NCBI GenBank assembly: GCA_963771465.1
Contig: CAVYTU010000014.1
Span: 288,001-352,000, forward strand
Reading direction: 5' to 3'
Origin: an uncultured delta proteobacterium
Lineage (GTDB): Bacteria; Desulfobacterota; Binatia; UBA9968
DNA length: 64,000 nt
Part shown: positions 51,627 through 61,656 of the stretch, piece by piece
Layout: every line of letters starts with the position of its first letter
Position numbering within the stretch: position 1 is the stretch's first letter
Translations under genes and position numbers: made by a program
Notes under the pieces: generated by a model
The model's input: only the letters and a program-made list of their open reading frames with translations
Databases searched by the model: none
Told to the model about the DNA's origin: nothing

Positions 51627-52069
51627 AATTTTCTCAAACCGCCCAGATTCCCGTAGCCCGCGAACCACTGTGGAACTTTTTAATGGATGTGCCCAAGGTC
51701 GCCAAGTCGCTGCCCGGGGTGGAGTCGGTTAAGAAGATCGACGACACAACCTATGAAGGCGCGCTCACCGTGCGCGTCGGCCCGATTAAGTTGAACTTGC
51801 AAGGCAAGATTATTCTCGAAGAGCAAAATAAGACCGATTGGCGCGCCGCGCTTCGCGCTGAAGCCAAGGACCGTATGGCGGCGGGCGCGGTTAACGGCAA
51901 AACGACGATGAGCTTGAAAGAGATCAGCGCCAATCAAACCGAGCTTGTCGTGGAGACCGATGTCAATATTCTGGGCAAGATCGGCGAGTTCGGTCAACCG
52001 ATCATCCGTAAAAAAGCTGACTCGATGCTCAAAGAGTTCGTCGAAAATATCAAAAAGCAGCTAAGCTAA
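51623..52069 (+). CDS. CoxG/SRPBCC family protein
   Basis: 'LWNFLMD...LPG', 'VRVGPIK', 'GKIGEFGQPII'. Confidence 0.9.
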   Translation: MKFSQTAQIPVAREPLWNFLMDVPKVAKSLPGVESVKKIDDTTYEGALTVRVGPIKLNLQGKIILEEQNKTDWRAALRAEAKDRMAAGAVNGKTTMSLKEISANQTELVVETDVNILGKIGEFGQPIIRKKADSMLKEFVENIKKQLS

Positions 52070-52902
52070 CTGGGCAGACGCGGCTCGCTATCTTCGTCTA
52101 CCTCGTCATCTTGATCTGAATGGGTTTCCGTTAGCCGGCCGAGGACTCGATTGTAACAGACCTCGGCCAATTTTTTCCGCCCCAGCGAACTATCCGGGTA
52201 ACGAAAACACTCAACCTTCGGCTGGATCGTCACCAGCACTTCGACCCCGCGCAGCGACAACAGCTTCCAAAAGTGCGTGATGAAATCCATCTCGCCGTAC
52301 CAATAGATCAGATCGCGATTGTCGGCGCTGACCAGGCGGTCGTCGATGCTCTTGTACGTGATCGTCGCCGGCACGATGATCGAACGGCTGCGCAGCGGCG
52401 CCGCCAGTGGCACGGTTTGAAACGGCAGCATGCGCTCGCCGTTGGTTGACGTGCCTTCGGGAAACAACAGAATGTTGGCGTCCTGTTTGAGCTTGCGCGC
52501 CATCTCGCGGACCAACCTGCTCACTAGCCACTTATGCTGGCGGTCGATGAAGATCGTGCCGCAGAGAATATTCCACTGGCCGACGATGGGCCAGCTGCGC
52601 ACTTCTTTTTTGGAAACGAAGACGATTGGAAAGATACTGCCTAACACGATGCCGTCGACGTAGCTCGTGTGATTGGCGATGATGACATAGCCGCCCCGTT
52701 CCAGTTGCCCTTCATCCCCCGAGACGGTGACTTTGATATTGAGAATCAAGCGTAACAGCAAGGTGTAAGCGCGATTGAGCCGGCTGACGATTTTCCAGCG
52801 ATTGGGCAGACCGAGAATCGAGATCCACAGGTGCACCAATGCCACCAAGGCGAAGAAAAATGCCCAGAGCGAAAGAAACGCGGTTAACTTAAGCAGGCGC
52901 AT
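52066..52902 (-). CDS. PlsC-family acyltransferase, probable lyso-ornithine lipid O-acyltransferase (OlsA-like)
   Basis: 'ANHTSYVD', 'FIDR', 'FPEGTSTNG'; coupled to an olsB-like gene. Confidence 0.85.
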   Translation of the reverse strand: MRLLKLTAFLSLWAFFFALVALVHLWISILGLPNRWKIVSRLNRAYTLLLRLILNIKVTVSGDEGQLERGGYVIIANHTSYVDGIVLGSIFPIVFVSKKEVRSWPIVGQWNILCGTIFIDRQHKWLVSRLVREMARKLKQDANILLFPEGTSTNGERMLPFQTVPLAAPLRSRSIIVPATITYKSIDDRLVSADNRDLIYWYGEMDFITHFWKLLSLRGVEVLVTIQPKVECFRYPDSSLGRKKLAEVCYNRVLGRLTETHSDQDDEVDEDSEPRLPS

Positions 52903-53656
52903 CGTGTCCCTTCAAGTCAGCCAGACCGAGCCGTTTCAAGTATTCGCCCTTGAGAGTGCCGAAATCCAATAGCAAGAAAAAATCCGCCGTGGCAAACTCG
53001 CGATCCAGTGCCGGCGGACCACCGACCAGCGCTCCGATGCGCAGGTAACCTTTGATCAAACTCGGCAGTTTCTGAAATTGCGCCGGCTCATCAGCTGCGC
53101 CGACTTGTTCCGTCAAGCCGACGAAGCGACAACTCTCCACGGGAAAAACCCGCTGCGCGTCAGGCGCATAGTAATTGTTTCTTAACAGCGAGAACATCGA
53201 AGCCACTTCGACAACATCGGTCGTGTACAGACTGCCGCAACCGAATAAATAGCGCACCTGATGTTTGCGCACTTGCTCGGCGATCGCTTCCCACATCAGC
53301 GGGATCAGCGCACGGTCGCGAAAATCCTTGCGCGCACAGGAACGCCCCAGTTCGAGCAGTTCGCCGTCGAGCGCTTTGACGCGCGATAAATCGAACTCTT
53401 TCTCCGAGTAGAATCCGCCGTGACGGCGCGCTTCCGAGCCGCGCAGCAAGCGGTAGGTGCCGACCACATCACCACTCCTAAGATCGCGGACGATCAAGTG
53501 ATCGCAAACCGCATCGAACTCATCGATATCTAAACCGCGTGCGTAGGAACTCTGCAATCCCTTGTTAAGCTCGAGGTTGAAAACCTGAAAGCGCAGCCGC
53601 TGGGCCTCTTCGATCTCATTCGCCTCATCGGCGATTTTAACTTCGAAGTCTACCAT
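52889..53656 (-). CDS. olsB: GNAT N-acyltransferase, ornithine-acyl-ACP N-acyltransferase (OlsB-like)
   Basis: 'AQRLRFQVF..E', 'D.DEFD..CDHL', 'VGTYRLL', 'ELGRSC', 'PSLIKGYLRIGA...G.PA.D.EF..AD'. Confidence 0.8.
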   Translation of the reverse strand: MVDFEVKIADEANEIEEAQRLRFQVFNLELNKGLQSSYARGLDIDEFDAVCDHLIVRDLRSGDVVGTYRLLRGSEARRHGGFYSEKEFDLSRVKALDGELLELGRSCARKDFRDRALIPLMWEAIAEQVRKHQVRYLFGCGSLYTTDVVEVASMFSLLRNNYYAPDAQRVFPVESCRFVGLTEQVGAADEPAQFQKLPSLIKGYLRIGALVGGPPALDREFATADFFLLLDFGTLKGEYLKRLGLADLKGHDAPA

Positions 53657-53741
53657 GCCGTCCAAAAATTAACATACCGATCCGTAATTGGAAATGACTA
53701 AGCGGGACAACTCGATGACAGCGAAATTTTGCCGCAACGTT

Positions 53742-54503
53742 CTAGCGATGTGTCCACTTAGCCGGACGCTTTTCGAGAAACGCCTTGACTCCTTCTTCGA
53801 CGTCATGAGTCTTGAGCAAATCGCCGCAATAAATATCCTCGGACCGCTTGAGCGCGGCATCGAAGCCTGGCAACGATAACTCGCGGAGTCCCTTTAACGT
53901 CAAGCGTAACACCGCGCCGCTTTTGCCGAGGAGCTCGTCCACTAACGCCTGGACGCCGTCATCGAGCTCGTTGGCAGCAAACACTCGGTTGATCAACCCC
54001 ATCGCCTGCGCTTCGCCGGCGCTGAAGCGGCGGCCGGTGAGAATCATTTCGGCGGCGCGATGATAGCCGATCAATTGAGAAAAGCGCGCCAGCGCCACCG
54101 GCGGGTAGCAACCAACGAGAATCTCCGGCGTGGCAAATGTACTTTCCTCCGCGGCGACAATGAAATCGCAGGAACTAGCCAGTTCACAACCGCCGCCAAG
54201 ACAGACGCCGCGAACCAAAGCGATGGTCGCTTGCGGCAGCGCCAAGAGTTTACGAATAACGCCGTGCATAGCATCGAGCATCTCCGGCACTTTTGCGCTC
54301 GTGTGGTCCTTGATGTCGACCCCCGCGGAAAACGCCCGGTCACCGGCGCCTTGCAGCAGCACCACATCAACGGAGGAATCCGCGGCGCAGTTTATCAGCA
54401 CCTGATCCAACTCACGCAAGAGAGCGATATCCAAGACGTTTAAAGGTGGACGATCCCAGGTGATCGAGAGCGCTCGGCGATTCTGTTCGACGGCCACAGC
54501 CAT
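53742..54503 (-). CDS. Enoyl-CoA hydratase/isomerase family protein
   Basis: 'AFSAGVDI', 'CLGGGCEL', 'TPEI..G', 'EGVKAFLEKR'. Confidence 0.92.
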   Translation of the reverse strand: MAVAVEQNRRALSITWDRPPLNVLDIALLRELDQVLINCAADSSVDVVLLQGAGDRAFSAGVDIKDHTSAKVPEMLDAMHGVIRKLLALPQATIALVRGVCLGGGCELASSCDFIVAAEESTFATPEILVGCYPPVALARFSQLIGYHRAAEMILTGRRFSAGEAQAMGLINRVFAANELDDGVQALVDELLGKSGAVLRLTLKGLRELSLPGFDAALKRSEDIYCGDLLKTHDVEEGVKAFLEKRPAKWTHR

Positions 54504-54609
54504 TGGAGATTCCCTTATTTTCGAATTGGAATTGAATTCCGCCCGGCGAATCGCTTCTTCTCATAGACTATGAACCGCCGGGTTACAAGCAACCCACGCA
54601 AAGATAAAT

Positions 54610-54638
54610 TTGACAAAAGCCCTACTAGCACCTAAACT
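54610..54638 (+). promoter_or_regulatory. Sigma70 promoter of the OmpA-family gene
   Basis: TTGACA-N17-TAAACT. Confidence 0.75.
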
Positions 54639-54670
54639 TAGCGCTTAGTAGACTGTTAAGGAAGGCGCTC

Positions 54671-55435
54671 ATGAAAACTTTACGACTCTTGTTGGTCGGC
54701 TCAGTGTTGTTGACGTTAGCGTCCAAGCCGGTATTCGCTTATCCGGACGAATATGACGATAGCCAGTCAAATCCATTTCGGATCGCCGCCTATTTAATCC
54801 ATCCGGTAGGTTGGTTGGCAGAATGGCTGATCTACCGTCCGTTCCATTTGCTTGTCAGCGGCACCGAACCACAGGAAGCTTTCTTCGGTCACCGTCCACA
54901 TCCGCCGGTGCTCGCCGCGCCAATGCCAAGACAGGATTATTCATCCGCCAGGAGAGTTTACGCCGGTTCGGCTCACATCCCACCACCGGCGCCCGCGCCA
55001 GTGCCGCCTCCTGAGACGGTTAAGATCGTCGAGGTGCCGGTGGAAAGGATCGTCATCAAGGAAGTGCCGGTTCAAAAGATCGTCGAAGTTGAAAAAGTAG
55101 TCTTTCCAGCCGTCGCGTTCGCCTTTGATTCGGCCAATCTGACCGACCTCGGCAAAGGTCAGGTTTTCCTTGCCGCCCAGCGCCTCAAGGAGAAAAACGA
55201 TTTGACCGTGGTCATCGAAGGTCATGCCGACAATCGCGGCGCCGATGACTACAATCAGAAGCTCGGCTTGGACCGCGCCCAAACCGTGATGAACGAACTG
55301 GTTGGGCTCGGCATCGACCGTGGGCGCATTTCGACGAATAGTATCGGCGAAGGTCAACCATTAATCGGACAAGACGCGTCTTGGGCGCGGGCCGTCAATC
55401 GCCGCGTTGAGTTCCAAGTCAAAGCCGCGCGCTAG
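54671..55435 (+). CDS. OmpA-family peptidoglycan-binding protein
   Basis: Signal peptide, Pro-rich linker, 'FAFDS', 'IEGHAD.RG...YN..L...RA', 'NRRVE'. Confidence 0.9.
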   Translation: MKTLRLLLVGSVLLTLASKPVFAYPDEYDDSQSNPFRIAAYLIHPVGWLAEWLIYRPFHLLVSGTEPQEAFFGHRPHPPVLAAPMPRQDYSSARRVYAGSAHIPPPAPAPVPPPETVKIVEVPVERIVIKEVPVQKIVEVEKVVFPAVAFAFDSANLTDLGKGQVFLAAQRLKEKNDLTVVIEGHADNRGADDYNQKLGLDRAQTVMNELVGLGIDRGRISTNSIGEGQPLIGQDASWARAVNRRVEFQVKAAR

Positions 55436-55454
55436 AGCATTGACAGATTTTTGC

Positions 55455-55492
55455 AAAGGCCCGGCCTGTATTTCAGGCTGGGCTTTTTTTTT
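55455..55492 (+). terminator. Rho-independent terminator
   Basis: GGCCCGGCCTG-TATTT-CAGGCTGGGCT followed by a T-run. Confidence 0.85.
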
Positions 55493-55519
55493 CACTGAGG
55501 AACATTGTAAATATCAGTC

Positions 55520-56137
55520 ATGGCCTACAATCCTCAAGACCGTTATTTCAAAAAAGCCAAACAGGAAGGTTACCGCTCGCGTGCTGCTTATAAGTTGCTC
55601 GAACTGCAACAACGCTATCGCATCATCAAACCTGGGGATAAGGTCATCGACCTGGGTGCGGCACCGGGCGGTTGGCTACAAGTAGCGGCAAAGATCGTCG
55701 GCCAAAATGGCCGAGTGATCGGCGTCGATCTTCAATCGATGCAAAACTTTGCCGAGGGTCAAGTGATTTTACTCAGCGGCGACATCGCATCCAAAGAAAT
55801 TCAACAGCAGATCACCCAACTCCTTAGCGGGCCGGCAAACTGCGTGCTTTCCGACCTAGCGCCCAAGCTGAGCGGCATCCGCGACGCCGACATGGCGCGC
55901 TGTTTGGATCTCAACCGCATCGCGCTCGCCGTCGCCATCGAATTGCTGCGCCCGGGCGGCACGCTGTTGGTCAAGAGTTTTATCAGCGACGATCTGCAAA
56001 CCTTCAGCGCTGAATTAAAGCGGTATTTCTCCACCGTCCAGCGCACCAAACCTGATGCCACGCGCCAGGGCTCATCGGAATTTTATTTTTACGCCAAGGG
56101 CTTCACCGCGCGGCCAAATGCCACCGCATCCCTGTGA
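55520..56137 (+). CDS. rlmE: 23S rRNA Um2552 methyltransferase
   Basis: 'AKQEGYRSRAAYKL', 'DLGAAPGGW', 'SDLAP', 'KPDATR..SSE.Y'. Confidence 0.95.
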   Translation: MAYNPQDRYFKKAKQEGYRSRAAYKLLELQQRYRIIKPGDKVIDLGAAPGGWLQVAAKIVGQNGRVIGVDLQSMQNFAEGQVILLSGDIASKEIQQQITQLLSGPANCVLSDLAPKLSGIRDADMARCLDLNRIALAVAIELLRPGGTLLVKSFISDDLQTFSAELKRYFSTVQRTKPDATRQGSSEFYFYAKGFTARPNATASL

Positions 56138-57132
56138 GCGAGTTTAGAAAAGATCCGCTCACCGGCAGTTGGGTGATCATCGCCTCAGGGCGCGCCAAGC
56201 GGCCCCGCCAATTCGGCGCATTGAAGCATTCGTCGCAAGCCGAACCTTGTCCGTTCTGCGCTGGCAATGAAACGATGACGCCGCCGGAAGTTTGGGCTAA
56301 GCGGCAAAACCAGAGCGGCGACAATGGCCCTAGCTGGACTGTGCGCGTAGTGCCAAACAAATATCCCGCCTTGGCCGCTGAGAGCGAAGCGAGGGACAGC
56401 AGCGAGCAATTTTATCAGTCGCGCCGCGGTCTAGGCGCCCACGAAGTGATCATCGAAAGTCCGAAACACGATGTCAGCCTGGCGAGAGTTAGCGCGAGCC
56501 AGTTTGTGGCGATTGTCCAAGCTTACCGCACGCGCATGCGCGCTCTGAGCCAAGACCCCCGCTGGCGCTACGCCCTGCTCTATAAGAACCAAGGCGACCG
56601 CGCCGGCGCCACGCTCCAACATATCCATTCCCAGTTGATCGCCCTGGCCGCTGCGCCCAAAGCCGCGCTGAAGGAATTGCGCGGCGCGAGACTGTATTAC
56701 CAAACAACCGGACGTTGCGCCTACTGCGAAATCATCGAGCGCGAAGTGGAAAAGCGTGAACGAATAATCTTCGAGCACGAAAACTTCGTCGTGCTTTGTC
56801 CGTTTGCGCCGCGCTTCGCTTACGAAACATGGATATTGCCGAAAACCCATAGTGCGGACTTCGCGGCGAGCGCCGAGCCAGGACTCAGCGACTTCGCCCG
56901 TGCCCTGCACGAAACGATCACGCGGCTTGACCGTGCGCTCGGCGATCCGCCATTTAATTACATCATCCACTCAATGCCGATGGACGAAGCGACAAGGCAT
57001 TACTATCACTGGCAGCTAAAAATTTTGCCGCAGCTCTCACGCGCGGCGGGGTTCGAGTGGGGCACGGGCGCGCATATCAATGCCGTCGCCCCCGAGGAAG
57101 CCGCCCGCTTACTGCGCGACGCGCTGCTTTAG
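56134..57132 (+). CDS. galT: Galactose-1-phosphate uridylyltransferase (GalT family)
   Basis: 'RAKRP', 'CPFC.GNE', 'VVPNKYPAL', 'HIHSQ', 'AGFEWGTG'. Confidence 0.9.
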   Translation: MSEFRKDPLTGSWVIIASGRAKRPRQFGALKHSSQAEPCPFCAGNETMTPPEVWAKRQNQSGDNGPSWTVRVVPNKYPALAAESEARDSSEQFYQSRRGLGAHEVIIESPKHDVSLARVSASQFVAIVQAYRTRMRALSQDPRWRYALLYKNQGDRAGATLQHIHSQLIALAAAPKAALKELRGARLYYQTTGRCAYCEIIEREVEKRERIIFEHENFVVLCPFAPRFAYETWILPKTHSADFAASAEPGLSDFARALHETITRLDRALGDPPFNYIIHSMPMDEATRHYYHWQLKILPQLSRAAGFEWGTGAHINAVAPEEAARLLRDALL

Positions 57133-58377
57133 ATCTTCGGGCGGCGTTTCCCTGGTTTGCCGTTGCTGGTAGAGCATCAAGGACGCCGCCAAGGCGCACG
57201 CCACACCTGAGATCGTAATCGCCCGCGGCGTGCCGATCGCGTGGGCGATGGCGCCGATGAAAAGCGTGCCGAACGACCACAAACCTTTGTCCATGAAGAA
57301 CAGGCTCAGCATGCGGCCGAGCAGTTCCGGCGGCGTTTCCATCTGGACGATTGAGTTCGCCACCGCACGAAAGGCGATATTGCTGGCGCCGACGAGAACT
57401 AAAAACAACATCGATAACGGCAGCGAGCGCGAGAATGAAAACATGATCAAAGCGAATGAGAAGGCGTAAACACTCATGGCGACGAAGTGAGTGCGGCGTC
57501 TAACTCTCCCCCAGGATGCTATACCCAGGCCGGAGATCACCGCGCCGATCCCTGGAGAAGCGAGAAGCAAACCGAAAGTGGTCGGCCCGGCATGTAAAAC
57601 GTCGGTGGCGATGACCGGCAAAAAGCGCGTATAAGGCGTGCCCACCAGGGCCACGCCGTAAGTCAGCAAGATGACCGCGTACAGCCGGCGCTCACCGCGG
57701 AGAAACTGATAGCCTTCACTCACTTCCTGCCAAAACGGCGCTTCGACGTTTACTCGGCCTTTGATCGCCGGAAACTCCATGACCAAGAGGGTCGCGATAA
57801 TCGCCGTAAAACTGACCGCGTTGACGAACAGGCAGCCAGCGATTCCGATGACACTGATCAGCACGCCGCCGAGCGATGGGCCGACGATCTTGGCGAAGTT
57901 TGCCAACGACGAGTTGAGCGCGATGGCGTTCATCAAGTCTTCGCGCGGGACTAAATTGTTGATCAGTGAATGGCGCGCCGTCTGATTGAGCGTGTTCACC
58001 GTGCCCAAAAACAACACCAGCACCATCACATGCCAGAATTGAATCCATTCAAAATAAACCAGTGCCCAAAAAGAAAATGCTTGAATCATCGCCAAAACCT
58101 GCGTCGCCACCAGCAAGCGGCGTCGCTCCAAGCGGTCGACGATGGCGCCGCCCACCGCGCCCAAAAGCAGTCGCGGCAGCGCTTGGCAGAAGCCGATCAC
58201 GCCGAGCAAAAGCGGTGATTGAGTCATCGTCCAAACCAACCAGCTTTGCGCCATGGCTTGAACGAAATCGCCGACGTGGGAAAGACTCGTGCCCCAAAAG
58301 AGCAGGCGGAAATTACGATGGCGCAGGGAGACGAGCGTGCGCTTGAGTTGGGCGGTCCCGCGTTCGCGCAGAGCCAT
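57109..58377 (-). CDS. MFS transporter
   Basis: About 12 TMs, 'GAIVDRLERRRLL' motif A; the start overlaps the glmS stop. Confidence 0.92.
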   Translation of the reverse strand: MALRERGTAQLKRTLVSLRHRNFRLLFWGTSLSHVGDFVQAMAQSWLVWTMTQSPLLLGVIGFCQALPRLLLGAVGGAIVDRLERRRLLVATQVLAMIQAFSFWALVYFEWIQFWHVMVLVLFLGTVNTLNQTARHSLINNLVPREDLMNAIALNSSLANFAKIVGPSLGGVLISVIGIAGCLFVNAVSFTAIIATLLVMEFPAIKGRVNVEAPFWQEVSEGYQFLRGERRLYAVILLTYGVALVGTPYTRFLPVIATDVLHAGPTTFGLLLASPGIGAVISGLGIASWGRVRRRTHFVAMSVYAFSFALIMFSFSRSLPLSMLFLVLVGASNIAFRAVANSIVQMETPPELLGRMLSLFFMDKGLWSFGTLFIGAIAHAIGTPRAITISGVACALAASLMLYQQRQTRETPPEDLKQRVAQ

Positions 58378-60206
58378 CACTCGACCGTGACGCTCTTGGC
58401 GAGATTTCGTGGCTGATCGACGTCGGTGCCGCGATGCACCGCGATATAATAGGCTAGCAGCTGAAGCGGTATCGTCATCACGATAGGAGTAAGATAGTGC
58501 GACGCCTTCGGCAGCGTCAGGACTCGATGCGCGCTGAGCTCGCTGGCGGCCGTGGCGTCGTCGGTGAGCACGATGACTTTGCCGCCGCGGGCGTCGACTT
58601 CTTTTAAGTTGCTCACGGTCTTTTGAAAATAGCGGTCGTGCGGCGCCAGTACGACGACGGGCAGGGTCTCGTCGATCAACGCGATCGGTCCATGCTTCAT
58701 CTCCCCGGCTGGATAGCCTTCGGCGTGGATGTAGGAAATCTCTTTGAGCTTGAGCGCGCCTTCGAGCGCGATCGGATAGTTGATACCGCGGCCAAGATAG
58801 AGAAAATCGCGGCTATGCATAAGTTCGTGGGCGAGCTCTTTGACTTCGCTTTCGATCTCCAGCGCTTTTTCAACCCAACTTGGCAGATGCATCAAATCGC
58901 GCAGCAGCTTGCGTGCCTCGGCGGCGTTGAGCTTGCCGTTCAAACGTCCCAGCGCGACGGCTAACAAGTAAAGCGCTGTCAACTGGGTCGTAAACGCCTT
59001 GGTGCTGGCAACGCTGATCTCCGGCCCGGCGTGGGTGTAGAGCACGCCATGAGATTTGCGCGGAATCGACGAATCGATCACGTTGCAGATCGACAATATC
59101 TTCGCTTTCTTCGCCTTGGCAATATCCGTAGCAGCCAAGGTATCGGCGGTCTCGCCGGACTGGCTGACCATGAGCAGAATCGATTTAGGATCCATCAACG
59201 GCGAGCGATAACGAAACTCGGAACCGTAGTCGACCTCGGCGGGAATGCCGGCGATCTCTTCGAGCAAGAACTTACCGACCAAACAGGCGTGCCACGCCGT
59301 GCCGCAGGCGACTAGGTGGATCCGTTTGATTTGCTTCACCGCGCTGGCGCTAAGCTTGATGTCTTCGAGCGACACTTGGCCGTCTTTGAGTGCGATGCGG
59401 CCGCGGAAAGTATCGGACAAGGCGCGCGGCTGGTCGTGGATCTCTTTGAGCATGAAGTGCGGATAGCCGCCCTTCTGCGCCGCCACCGCGTCCCAGGTGA
59501 TTTCTTTAACCGGCCGACGAATCGTTTTGCCTTTGCCGTCGAGCAAACGATACGAGCCGACGCTCACTTCGCCGATCTCGCCGTCTTCGAGAAACGTCAC
59601 TTTACGCGTGTGGTCCAACAATGCCGGAATGTCCGAGGCGATAAACGTTTCACCCTCGCCCCAGCCGATGACGATCGGCGTGGAGTTTTTCGCGACGATC
59701 AAGCGTTTGGGATCGCGTCGATTGAGAAACAATAACGCATAGGAGCCGTGAATCTCGCGCAAGGTGCGCCGCACTGCGTCGAGAAAATCGACACCGCGCG
59801 CGACTTTTTCGGCGACGAGATGGGCGACGATTTCGGAATCGGTTTCCGAGCTAAAATGCGTTCCGCGTTTGGACAATTGGGTTTTGAGCTCGAGGTAGTT
59901 TTCGATGATGCCGTTGTGCACCACGACCACGTCGCCGGCGCGATGCGGATGGGCATTGGTCTCGGAGGGCCGGCCGTGGGTCGCCCAGCGCGTGTGGCCG
60001 ATCCCTACGGCGCCGGACATCGGCTGGTGTTTGATCATGGCTTCGAGATTGTTGAGTTTGCCTTCGGCCCGGCAGATTGCCACTTGGCCGTCGTTGAGCA
60101 CGGCAATACCCGCCGAGTCGTAGCCGCGGTATTCGAGCTTGCGCAAACTTTCGAGAATCAGCGGCGCCGCTTGACGATGGCCGATATATCCGACGATGCC
60201 GCACAT
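58377..60206 (-). CDS. glmS: Glutamine--fructose-6-phosphate aminotransferase
   Basis: MCGIVG, 'LEYRGYDSAG', 'SQSGETADT', 'PRNLAKSVTVE'. Confidence 0.99.
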   Translation of the reverse strand: MCGIVGYIGHRQAAPLILESLRKLEYRGYDSAGIAVLNDGQVAICRAEGKLNNLEAMIKHQPMSGAVGIGHTRWATHGRPSETNAHPHRAGDVVVVHNGIIENYLELKTQLSKRGTHFSSETDSEIVAHLVAEKVARGVDFLDAVRRTLREIHGSYALLFLNRRDPKRLIVAKNSTPIVIGWGEGETFIASDIPALLDHTRKVTFLEDGEIGEVSVGSYRLLDGKGKTIRRPVKEITWDAVAAQKGGYPHFMLKEIHDQPRALSDTFRGRIALKDGQVSLEDIKLSASAVKQIKRIHLVACGTAWHACLVGKFLLEEIAGIPAEVDYGSEFRYRSPLMDPKSILLMVSQSGETADTLAATDIAKAKKAKILSICNVIDSSIPRKSHGVLYTHAGPEISVASTKAFTTQLTALYLLAVALGRLNGKLNAAEARKLLRDLMHLPSWVEKALEIESEVKELAHELMHSRDFLYLGRGINYPIALEGALKLKEISYIHAEGYPAGEMKHGPIALIDETLPVVVLAPHDRYFQKTVSNLKEVDARGGKVIVLTDDATAASELSAHRVLTLPKASHYLTPIVMTIPLQLLAYYIAVHRGTDVDQPRNLAKSVTVE

Positions 60207-61615
60207 TATTTTTGTTTTCCCTTCATCTGCTGGCGCTTCTGCTCGGTCCAGCCTTCGCGAATTTTTTCCTCGCGCTGGTTAAATACCAGCGCGCCGGCGG
60301 GAATGTCGTGGCGCACGGTGCTCGCCGTGGCGACGTAGACATCGTCGCCCAACGTGATCGGCGCCACTAACGTCGTATCACTGCCAACCTGAACGCGATC
60401 GCCGATCCTGCTCTGGTATTTTTGAAACCCGTCATAGTTACAGGTGATCGTCCCGGCACCGATGTTGGTGTCTTGCCCGATGGTCACATCGCCCAGATAA
60501 GTCAAATGATTCGCTTTGGTGCCGGCGCCGAGTTTGGCTTCTTTGGCTTCCACGAAGTTACCGATATGCACGTTGGGACCCAACACGGTGCCGGGGCGCA
60601 AATGGGCGAACGGGCCAATGATCGCACCCTGCTCGACACGGCAGCTCGCCATGACCACTGAAAATCGAATATGTACGTCAGCGGCAATCTCGGCATCGGT
60701 GAGATAGACGCTGCCGTCGATCCGACAGCGCTCACCGATGACAGTCTTGCCGCAGAGCTGCGTGTTCGGCCCGATCACCGTGTCTTTGCCAAGGGTCACG
60801 GATTCATCGATGTAGGTCGTGTCGGGATCCTTCAAAGTCACTCCGGCCAGCAGCCATTTTTTGTTTATGCTCTCGCGCAGACTTTTTTCCATAAAGGCGA
60901 GCTCCTCTCGGGTATTCACACCCATCATTTCGCGCGGGTCGTCGACTTGCAATGTTTCAATGACTTTTCCTTGCGCCAATCCAATGGTGACGATATCCGG
61001 CAAATAGTATTCACCCTGCTGGTTGTTATTTTTGACACCGCTCAACGCCGCGAAAAGAAAGCGCGCCGATGCGACGTAGACGCCAGCATTCACTTCGCGA
61101 ATTTGTCGCTGTGCTTCACTGGCATCTTTCTCTTCAACGGTGCCGGTGATCTTGCCGTCGCCGGCGCGTAATATCCGGCCATAGCCTTGAGGATTTTTTA
61201 GTGAAGCCGTGAGCAAGGTAAGCGCCGCTTTAGAGCGCCGATGATGTTCGACCAGCGCCGTAAGGGTAGCTTCGCGAATCAGCGGCACATCGCCGCTTAA
61301 AATCAGTAGATCGCCGGAGAAGTCGGTGAAAACTGGTTTGGCAGCTAAAACAGCATGACCCGTGCCGAGTTGTTGTTCCTGTACTCGCCAATCAACGTCA
61401 GAACCTGCATACGCTCGACGCACCGCATCCGCCCCGTGGCCGACAATGACCGCAACAAGCTTTGGTTTAAGTCGCCGCGCGGTGCCTAGTGGATGAAGAA
61501 ATAAAGGCTTTCCGCCGAGGTGGTGGAGAACTTTGGGGAGCGTCGAGCGCATCCGCGTCCCCTGTCCGGCTGCTAATAGAATGACTCCAAGTTGCTGCAT
61601 CTCGTCCATCGTCAC
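60206..61615 (-). CDS. glmU: Bifunctional UDP-GlcNAc pyrophosphorylase/acetyltransferase
   Basis: 'LAAGQGTRM.S.LPKVLH', 'GEYYLPD', 'IGNFVE.K', 'NYDG'. Confidence 0.98.
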   Translation of the reverse strand: MTMDEMQQLGVILLAAGQGTRMRSTLPKVLHHLGGKPLFLHPLGTARRLKPKLVAVIVGHGADAVRRAYAGSDVDWRVQEQQLGTGHAVLAAKPVFTDFSGDLLILSGDVPLIREATLTALVEHHRRSKAALTLLTASLKNPQGYGRILRAGDGKITGTVEEKDASEAQRQIREVNAGVYVASARFLFAALSGVKNNNQQGEYYLPDIVTIGLAQGKVIETLQVDDPREMMGVNTREELAFMEKSLRESINKKWLLAGVTLKDPDTTYIDESVTLGKDTVIGPNTQLCGKTVIGERCRIDGSVYLTDAEIAADVHIRFSVVMASCRVEQGAIIGPFAHLRPGTVLGPNVHIGNFVEAKEAKLGAGTKANHLTYLGDVTIGQDTNIGAGTITCNYDGFQKYQSRIGDRVQVGSDTTLVAPITLGDDVYVATASTVRHDIPAGALVFNQREEKIREGWTEQKRQQMKGKQK

Positions 61616-61628
61616 TACCCAAGTTGGA

Positions 61629-61656
61629 ATTATAAGGTAACGGCGCGATCATTCAA
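61629..61656 (-). promoter_or_regulatory. Sigma70 promoter of glmU-glmS
   Basis: Minus strand TTGAAT-N16-TATAAT. Confidence 0.65.

Noticed and set aside
60180-60230. glmS ribozyme
   Set aside because: The glmS start overlaps the glmU stop, leaving no leader.
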